Shown piece after piece: positions 44,932 through 50,659 of a DNA stretch of 50,659 bases; position 1 is the stretch's first letter; every line of letters starts with the position of its first letter. The stretch spans positions 1 to 50,659 of the forward strand of contig CAZIZY010000045.1 in assembly GCA_964544235.1 (NCBI GenBank), read 5' to 3'. This stretch comes from an uncultured Nitrosopumilales archaeon (GTDB lineage: Archaea; Thermoproteota; Nitrososphaeria; Nitrososphaerales; CAZIZY01). A program made the translations under genes and the position numbers. Below the pieces are notes generated by a model. The model searched no databases and was not told the DNA's origin. It was given only the letters and a program-made list of their open reading frames with translations.

Positions 44932-46077
44932 TTGAATAATTCCACAATTCAGCTAATTCAGCAACTTTATCGCGAATATTATTACAGTAATATCGAAAAT
45001 ATCATTATGCCTAAAAGATTTGAAGAAAGAGAGTTTGGATATTTTCGATTTAATTCTCAAATGATTCGTCATCTTTCATTTAATTCTCTTGGAGATCTTA
45101 GAGCTTTAATAATTAAACACGTACCTAAATCTGTATATTATTCTGTTTCATTTTATCAAGATCCTGAAGCTGAAATGAATGTAAAAGGATGGAAAGGAGG
45201 TGAAATAGCCTTTGATATTGATTGTGATGATTTAGTAAGTAAATGTAAATACAAACATGATTATTGGTTTTGTAAAAGCTGCGGATTATCACGTTATGGT
45301 AAAAGACCAAAAACTTGTAAAAAATGTTTGTCAGATAAGCTTGGCGAACTTAATTGGGTTTGCCAAATTTGTTTAGATGGAGCTAAAAATGAAGTTTTTA
45401 AATTACTTGAAATTCTTGACGAACTCGGAATGTCTCTGAAAAAATCTGAAATCTTTTTCTCTGGTCATATGGGATATCATCTTACAATTGAAGCTGAGGA
45501 ATTCTTGGATTTAGATCAACCTGCAAGAAGTGAATTGGCTGATTATATATCTGGATTACATGTTAATTCTGAAACTCTTGGAATCTCTAAATCTTCTATA
45601 TACGAAGATCTCGTTAAAACTTTACCTGAAGTTTCTGAATCTGGTTGGCGTGGTAGAATTGCTAGAGGATTTCATGAAAATTTTGATGATATAGACGGTT
45701 CTAAAGTTTCTTTAGCCCAAAAAATTACCCAAAAAAATTATAGGTGGCTTAATAAACAGGTTAGTAACATGTCAAAAATTAAAGGAGTTTCTATTGATTC
45801 TGCAGTAACTACTGATATACATCGTATTTTCAGATTACCTAATACTCTTCATGGAGAAACTGGTTTTGTTAAATGTCAATGTGATCTCGATAATTTTAAT
45901 CCTTTTGTAGATCCAATTGTTTTCAGTGATGAACTTTGTAAAGTAAAGACTAGGAAAATACCTGTTATTACATTAATGGATCAAAAGTTTGGTCCATACA
46001 ATAGTGGTGAAATTGTTAATTTACCTTTTTACATGAGTGTTTATCTTATGGGTCAAGGATTAGCTGAGGTGGTTTAA
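44932..46077 (+). CDS. priS: DNA primase catalytic subunit PriS
   Basis: 381 aa. YREYY....REFGY, catalytic IAFDIDCDD, a Zn knuckle (CKSCG...CKKC) and FSGHMGYH. TTG start. Confidence 0.88.
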   Translation: MNNSTIQLIQQLYREYYYSNIENIIMPKRFEEREFGYFRFNSQMIRHLSFNSLGDLRALIIKHVPKSVYYSVSFYQDPEAEMNVKGWKGGEIAFDIDCDDLVSKCKYKHDYWFCKSCGLSRYGKRPKTCKKCLSDKLGELNWVCQICLDGAKNEVFKLLEILDELGMSLKKSEIFFSGHMGYHLTIEAEEFLDLDQPARSELADYISGLHVNSETLGISKSSIYEDLVKTLPEVSESGWRGRIARGFHENFDDIDGSKVSLAQKITQKNYRWLNKQVSNMSKIKGVSIDSAVTTDIHRIFRLPNTLHGETGFVKCQCDLDNFNPFVDPIVFSDELCKVKTRKIPVITLMDQKFGPYNSGEIVNLPFYMSVYLMGQGLAEVV

Positions 46078-46084
46078 TTCGAAA

Positions 46085-46642
46085 ATGATTAATTTAGAAG
46101 AGATTGGAAAATTATTAGAAAAAGAAATTAGTGAACAAGAACTTAGTTCAATACCTAATGATACTTATACTGAAGTGGCTTCAATTATTAAAAATCTAAA
46201 ACGTGTTCATATTAATAATGACATTAATAGTCAATTAAAATCTTCTAGAGTTAATTTATTATCTAAAATGACTGTTAGCTTACTTCAATTACGTTTACAA
46301 AAAATAACAAATCATAATGGTGATTATTCTAATATAGACTTTAATAATCTTACTTCTGAAGAAAAATATTTTATGAACTTTGTTCACGAAATAGAAAAGA
46401 GAAAATCTAATCTAATTTTGTCAATAGAAGAAGGAAGAAGTTCAGTTCTTGAATCAATATCTTCACAAATTCTTTCTAAGAATATTCTTCTATCATTTCT
46501 AAAACCTACAAATTCTTTTGTTGGTACTGATCTTAATAATTATGGACCATTTAAAATTGAAGATGTTGGGTTAATTCCTTTTCAGAATGCTATTTTACTT
46601 ATTAAACAAGGAATAGCAAAAGAAATCTATACTCCTATTTAA
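46085..46642 (+). CDS. GINS subunit, Gins51/Gins15-like
   Basis: 185 aa. N-terminus L..LLEKEISEQELSSIP.D.Y resembles archaeal Gins51 from memory. A gene directly after priS matches the context described for Sulfolobus gins15. Confidence 0.6.
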   Translation: MINLEEIGKLLEKEISEQELSSIPNDTYTEVASIIKNLKRVHINNDINSQLKSSRVNLLSKMTVSLLQLRLQKITNHNGDYSNIDFNNLTSEEKYFMNFVHEIEKRKSNLILSIEEGRSSVLESISSQILSKNILLSFLKPTNSFVGTDLNNYGPFKIEDVGLIPFQNAILLIKQGIAKEIYTPI

Positions 46643-46675
46643 TTCATCTCTTAAATATTATACTTGATAAAATGG

Positions 46676-47326
46676 TCATTCTTTTTCAAATATTATTACT
46701 TCACAAGAAGCATTTTCTTTAAATTTTTTTGCATCTTCGATACTTCCAGCAATCGCTCCCCAATGCATAGGAATAGCAATTTTAGGATGAATATCTAATG
46801 TAGCTTTAACTGCTTCTTCCCAAGTCATTACATATGTTCCACTTACTGGAATTAATAAAATATCAGGTTTAATATTATTCATTTCTTGAATTTGATCACT
46901 ATCTCCCGCATAATACAATTTAGTTCCTGAAATAGTTAAGATATATCCTACTCCTCCTTCTTCTTTAGGATGGAAAAATTTTCCAGGTTCCTTAAATTTA
47001 TTAGTGTTATGTGCTGGTACTGTTTTTATTTTTATACCTAATATTTCAATTTCATCATTTTGGGTTACAAAGATTATTTCTTTAGATTCTACAGATTTAA
47101 GCTGATCTTTACATGAAGGTGGTGATATTATAGTTGTTTCAGATGTAGATATTTTATTAATACTTTCTATCTCTAAATGATCAAAGTGATCATGACTAAT
47201 TAATATAATATCTGCTTTATCTTTCTCATTAATTTGATATGGATCTATATAGATTGTTTTTTCCTCTTTTATTTTAAATGAAGAATGTCCTAATCCACTT
47301 ATTTGTAATTTTTCTAATTCAAACAT
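46676..47326 (-). CDS. Metallo-beta-lactamase-fold hydrolase (UPF0173-like)
   Basis: 216 aa with the ISHDHFDH metal-binding motif; further His/Asp ligands downstream. Confidence 0.8.
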   Translation of the reverse strand: MFELEKLQISGLGHSSFKIKEEKTIYIDPYQINEKDKADIILISHDHFDHLEIESINKISTSETTIISPPSCKDQLKSVESKEIIFVTQNDEIEILGIKIKTVPAHNTNKFKEPGKFFHPKEEGGVGYILTISGTKLYYAGDSDQIQEMNNIKPDILLIPVSGTYVMTWEEAVKATLDIHPKIAIPMHWGAIAGSIEDAKKFKENASCEVIIFEKE

Positions 47327-47337
47327 TGTTTTATTAT

Positions 47338-47847
47338 TTATTTTTTCGATTCTAATAAATATTCATTTTCTTTTATATTTTCTTTTAATTTTTCATATAA
47401 TTTAGGGTTATTCTTTATAACTTTTACAAATAATTCAAATCTTTTCATTGTTTCTGAATTAAGATAATGTTCTATTCTTTCAGCGTCTTTGTTAGCTATT
47501 TCTTCTTTAACTCCTATAATTTTCAAGAATTCTATTAATAGAATGTGGCTTTCTCTTACTTTTTTAGCTATTTCTTCTCCTGCTTGAGTTAATCTGATTT
47601 CTCTATATTTTTCATATATCAAATATCCTTCTTCATCAAGTTTTTTCATCATTTGAGTTACACTTGACGCTTTAACATGTAAATGATTTGATATATCTGT
47701 CATAGAAGCATAGCCCTTTTCTTTGATTAATTCATAAACTATCTCTAGATAATCTTCGACAGTTCTATTGTGTGTTGTTTCTTTAATATGAGCTTCTGAT
47801 AATCTTGTTAGTCGATTATTATCTTCAATTGTGTTATCTTGAGCCAT
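47338..47847 (-). CDS. DtxR/MntR-family metal-dependent transcriptional regulator
   Basis: 169 aa. Winged-helix segment EDYLE.IYEL....GYA...DIS..L.V..SSV..M.KKL...G, then a dimerisation/metal-site domain. Confidence 0.85.
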   Translation of the reverse strand: MAQDNTIEDNNRLTRLSEAHIKETTHNRTVEDYLEIVYELIKEKGYASMTDISNHLHVKASSVTQMMKKLDEEGYLIYEKYREIRLTQAGEEIAKKVRESHILLIEFLKIIGVKEEIANKDAERIEHYLNSETMKRFELFVKVIKNNPKLYEKLKENIKENEYLLESKK

Positions 47848-47941
47848 TATTAAGGCATTTATTTATACAAATATAAAACATAATGCTATTTTATAGAAAA
47901 ATCTTATATTTCTTTTAAACTAAGTACTTATAATTTCGAAT

Positions 47942-48124
47942 ATGACTCTTGAAATATTATGTAATAAATGTGGCTCTGCTCTTTATAGAGGATTAGAACT
48001 TAGATCTACTCGAGACATTCTAAAATCAACAGACGGTAAATGTAACTCATGTAATTCTCCTCTTTCTTCCCGTGATTTTGAATTAGATATTTCTCCAATA
48101 GTTTCATATGATGATTCTAAATAA
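47942..48124 (+). CDS. Small zinc-ribbon protein, function unknown
   Basis: 60 aa with CNKCG ... CNSCN (two CxxC pairs). ATG start. The 3' end overlaps convergent cofE by 8 nt. Confidence 0.4.
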   Translation: MTLEILCNKCGSALYRGLELRSTRDILKSTDGKCNSCNSPLSSRDFELDISPIVSYDDSK

Positions 48125-48899
48125 TTTTATTTACGAGCTCTCTTAAATACAAACATTCACTATGTTCAACAGTTAATTTTTTTGGATTGTTGACTTTATC
48201 AACTATTTTAACTCCTGAATTCTTAATTATTACTATTGGCCTTTTTTCTCTTGTTTCCCCCATTAATAATTGAGAAGATGAAGCAAGATCATCCGCAGCA
48301 GAAATTGAAGTTACTACCATGAAATTACCAAAAAGATCTTTTTTTCCACGTTCATCCTTTAGAGCTTCAAATCCTGAAGAAGCAATAGCTATTCCAGTCG
48401 TACCTCGTTTTCCTGGTAAAAGTCTACTGTCTGTTAAAATAACTCCGACCTTTTTTCCTAACTTAATGAGGATCATCATTCTTATTTGTTCTGCTAGACG
48501 GTATGGTTTATTGGGATACATTATTGCATGTCCTGAATTAATATTAGAACGATCTATTCCAGCATTCGGAGCAAATAGTCCGTCTTTTGATGTTAACAAA
48601 AATCCTGGAACTCCTCCAAAAACTGAGTCACTTTCTCTGATTATTAATTCAGTTAATTGTTCTGGAATTCTATATTCTGATGCTATTTTTCTTGTTTGAT
48701 GAGAGGGATTAATTTTACTTAATTCTGCAATACGTCCTTGTGATAAAGCTGCAAATTTGCTTGAAATAGAAATAATATCTCCGTCATCTAATTCTACTCC
48801 TAATTTATGTATAAATTTGAGAATTTCTTTAAATAAATCAAATTTTTCTTTTTGAAATTCTACTTCCGTTGAAAGGATTTCTATTTTTTTTGTCGCCAT
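48117..48899 (-). CDS. cofE: Coenzyme F420-0:L-glutamate ligase
   Basis: 260 aa. GDIISISSK..A.SQGR, NAGID.SN and ILTDS....R.G..G.AIA motifs of the CofE family. Confidence 0.88.
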   Translation of the reverse strand: MATKKIEILSTEVEFQKEKFDLFKEILKFIHKLGVELDDGDIISISSKFAALSQGRIAELSKINPSHQTRKIASEYRIPEQLTELIIRESDSVFGGVPGFLLTSKDGLFAPNAGIDRSNINSGHAIMYPNKPYRLAEQIRMMILIKLGKKVGVILTDSRLLPGKRGTTGIAIASSGFEALKDERGKKDLFGNFMVVTSISAADDLASSSQLLMGETREKRPIVIIKNSGVKIVDKVNNPKKLTVEHSECLYLRELVNKII

Positions 48900-48962
48900 T
48901 ATTGCTTTTCTCTTTTTAATATGGTATCATATATTTACCAGTAACAAATAGTTATTTAACTA

Positions 48963-50084
48963 ATGAAAAGAAGAACTCCAATTTATCCTTATCATAAAGA
49001 ACATGCTAACGTTACAGAATTTTCAGGATATGATATGCCTCTTTGGTTTAATGGGATAATTGATGAACATCTAGCAACTAGAAACTTTGCTGGATTAAGG
49101 GATGTTTCACATATGGGTCGAGTAGAAATTTCTGGAAAAGACTCTGTTTCCTTTCTTAATCACTTACTTCCTATTGATATTAAACTAATCAAGGAAAATA
49201 CGTGTGTTTATACTCTTTTATTGAATGAAAATGGAGGAATAATTGACGATTTAATCGTATATCGACTTTCTGATAATGATTTTATGTTAGTTGTTAATGC
49301 TGGAACCAGAGAAAAAGATCTTAATTGGTTTAAATCTCATTCCGATCAATATTCTGTAAATATTAATGATATTACATTTAACACTGCACTTTTAGCTTTA
49401 CAGGGCCCATTAGCGGAATCAATATTAAAATTATTGGTTGACATTGATTTATCTTCAATTAATCGATTTCAACACTCCAAAACTCAAATTGATGGAAATC
49501 CTATACTAATTTATAGAACTTGATATACTGGTGCAGATGGGTTTGAAATTAATATCTATCAAACTTCTGAGAATGAACCTTATAATGCGATTAATTTATG
49601 GAATAAAATTCTTGATAAAGGTACTGATAAAGGATTACTTCCTTGTGGACTTGGTTCTAGAGATACGCTTCGTTTAGAGGCTGGATTGTGTCTTTATGGG
49701 CAAGATCTTAATGAAGAACTTAATCCCTTTGAATCTAGATTAAAATGGACTATCGATCTTAATAAAGAAAATTTTGTAGGAAAAAAATCTCTTTTATCTA
49801 ATCAAAATAACATAAATAAAATTAGAGTTGCATTTCAGTCAGTTAATGAAGGAATACCTAGGCATAATCATTCTATTACATGTGAAAATAAAACCATTGG
49901 CTTAGTTACTAGTGGAAGCTATTCTCCTTTATTGTCAAAGGGAATTGGAATGGGATATATTGATTATAATTATAAAGATATTTCTAAATTAACATTTGTT
50001 AATCGTGGAGTTGAAAAGGAAATTTCTTTAATTAAATTACCATTCTATGATACTTCTTTATATGGTCACAATAGGATCAAGTGA
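48963..50084 (+). pseudogene. gcvT: Glycine cleavage system T protein (aminomethyltransferase) interrupted by one in-frame TGA
   Basis: The two track ORFs (48963-49523 and 49686-50084) are in the same frame. The stretch between them (YTGADGFEINIY...RDTLRLEAG) is open. The only stop is TGA 49521-49523, where GcvT homologues have Gly in (R)TGYTGE(D)G. Confidence 0.85.
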
Positions 50085-50181
50085 ATATAAATTATAATTT
50101 AAAATTTATCTATTTTTGCAATAAATACATTCTTTTTTCCGAATCATTTATAATTGGGTTATAATATTCTTTTATTTTCCA

Positions 50182-50659
50182 TTGAAGCCCATTAATAGAA
50201 ATATAATTATCGGTTTTCTTATAGTAATTATAATATTATCTTTTTTGGTTATTATTCCAAATAATTCTTCGTTAATTAATAATGAAAATTCTAATGAACT
50301 TATTTTTGTAACAACTGATTATATTCTATATGATTTTACTAAAAATATAGTTCAAGATAACGCAAAAATTCTATTATTACTTGATAGTGGACAAGATATA
50401 CACGATTGGGAGCCTGATATATCTGACATTCAAACTATATCAAAAGCAGATGTTTTAATTTATAATGGGTTTTTGTTTGAATCTTTCATATCTAAAGTAG
50501 TTATTTCTGCAGACAATAAAGATTTGATTCTTATCGACTCTACTGAAGGATTATTCCCCAATGGTGATCATGGTGATGATCATGGTGATGATCATGGTGA
50601 TGATCATGGTGATGATCATGGTGATGATCATGGTGATGATCATGGTGATGATCATGGTG
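50182..50659 (+). CDS. ZnuA/TroA-type metal ABC transporter substrate-binding protein, 3'-truncated by window end
   Basis: Not in the ORF track because it has no stop. TTG start, then a hydrophobic signal/anchor (IIIGFLIVIIILSFLVII), IFVTT.Y.LYDF...I, DIHDWEP, ADVLIYNG...E, then a (GDDH)n loop. Confidence 0.75.
   Translation, partial: MKPINRNIIIGFLIVIIILSFLVIIPNNSSLINNENSNELIFVTTDYILYDFTKNIVQDNAKILLLLDSGQDIHDWEPDISDIQTISKADVLIYNGFLFESFISKVVISADNKDLILIDSTEGLFPNGDHGDDHGDDHGDDHGDDHGDDHGDDHGDDHG
50563..50659 (+). repeat. Perfect 12-nt coding tandem repeat GGTGATGATCAT (His/Asp-rich loop), running off the window
   Basis: One shortened unit (GGTGATCAT, 50563-50571), then 7 perfect 12-nt units (50572-50655) and a partial eighth. 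In frame as GDH(GDDH)n. Confidence 0.95.

Noticed and set aside
5235-48699. Other nested or antisense track ORFs: 5235-5555, 18783-18983, 22283-22489, 25150-25371, 25368-25601, 28596-28868, 30005-30187, 30269-30493, 32250-32531, 33779-33976, 34000-34200, 34308-34535, 35509-35748, 36308-36511, 37478-37747, 43230-43433, 44101-44394, 45125-45310, 48319-48699.
   Set aside because: Each overlaps a confidently identified gene on the opposite strand or in another frame. None shows a recognisable motif. They are treated as shadow ORFs.
49521-49523. Genome-wide UGA reassignment (for example UGA=Gly or Trp) or selenocysteine as the explanation for the gcvT in-frame TGA.
   Set aside because: TGA terminates tuf, rpoA, nusA, cca and gcvT itself at the positions expected from homologue lengths. 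The aligned residue is Gly, not Cys. GcvT is not a known selenoprotein, and I see no convincing hairpin directly downstream.
50563-50659. Periodic repeat at the window end as a possible CRISPR array or satellite.
   Set aside because: The period is only 12 nt with no spacers. It is in frame within a ZnuA-like gene and encodes the His/Asp-rich loop typical of that family.

Overview
Dense, AT-rich archaeal chromosome segment, roughly 30% G+C by hand counts on a few 100-nt samples. It holds about 57 protein-coding genes and one intron-containing tRNA. I found no rRNA, CRISPR array, transposase or integrase. Content is almost entirely housekeeping: (1) an rpoH-rpoB-rpoA-rpl30e-nusA-rps12-rps7 ... 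tuf transcription/translation cluster; (2) KEOPS genes (kae1, bud32, a pcc1-like ORF) with serS and ribosomal protein genes; (3) a purS-purQ-purL-purF-purN-purE-purC-purM operon; (4) a folD / F420-reductase / Mtd-like C1 cluster plus cofE and gcvT; (5) ligT-cca, rpoL-tfs, and a PCNA-priL-priS-GINS replisome cluster. Unsplit rpoB, unsplit rpoA (A' and A'' in one 1263-aa ORF), separate overlapping kae1/bud32, F420 genes and a two-intron tRNA suggest a Nitrosopumilales-like thaumarchaeon; this is inference, not a database result. I do not see an obvious novel multi-gene system such as a defence island or mobile element. The observations most worth follow-up: (a) a higher-GC two-gene carbamoyltransferase cassette sits exactly at the tuf start codon and is bracketed by a ~30-bp direct repeat of the tuf leader; (b) a tRNA-Pro(GGG) carries two bulge-helix-bulge introns; (c) gcvT has a single in-frame TGA at a conserved Gly codon; (d) purF encodes its catalytic Cys1 but has no canonical in-frame start codon; (e) RpoH has a Lys-rich tandem-repeat N-terminal tail and RpoB a Lys-rich extension; (f) a methanogen-type Mtd homologue lies next to an F420:NADPH oxidoreductase and folD; (g) the EF-1alpha G4 motif reads SKFD instead of NKxD. 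The window ends inside a perfect 12-nt coding tandem repeat, probably an assembly break.
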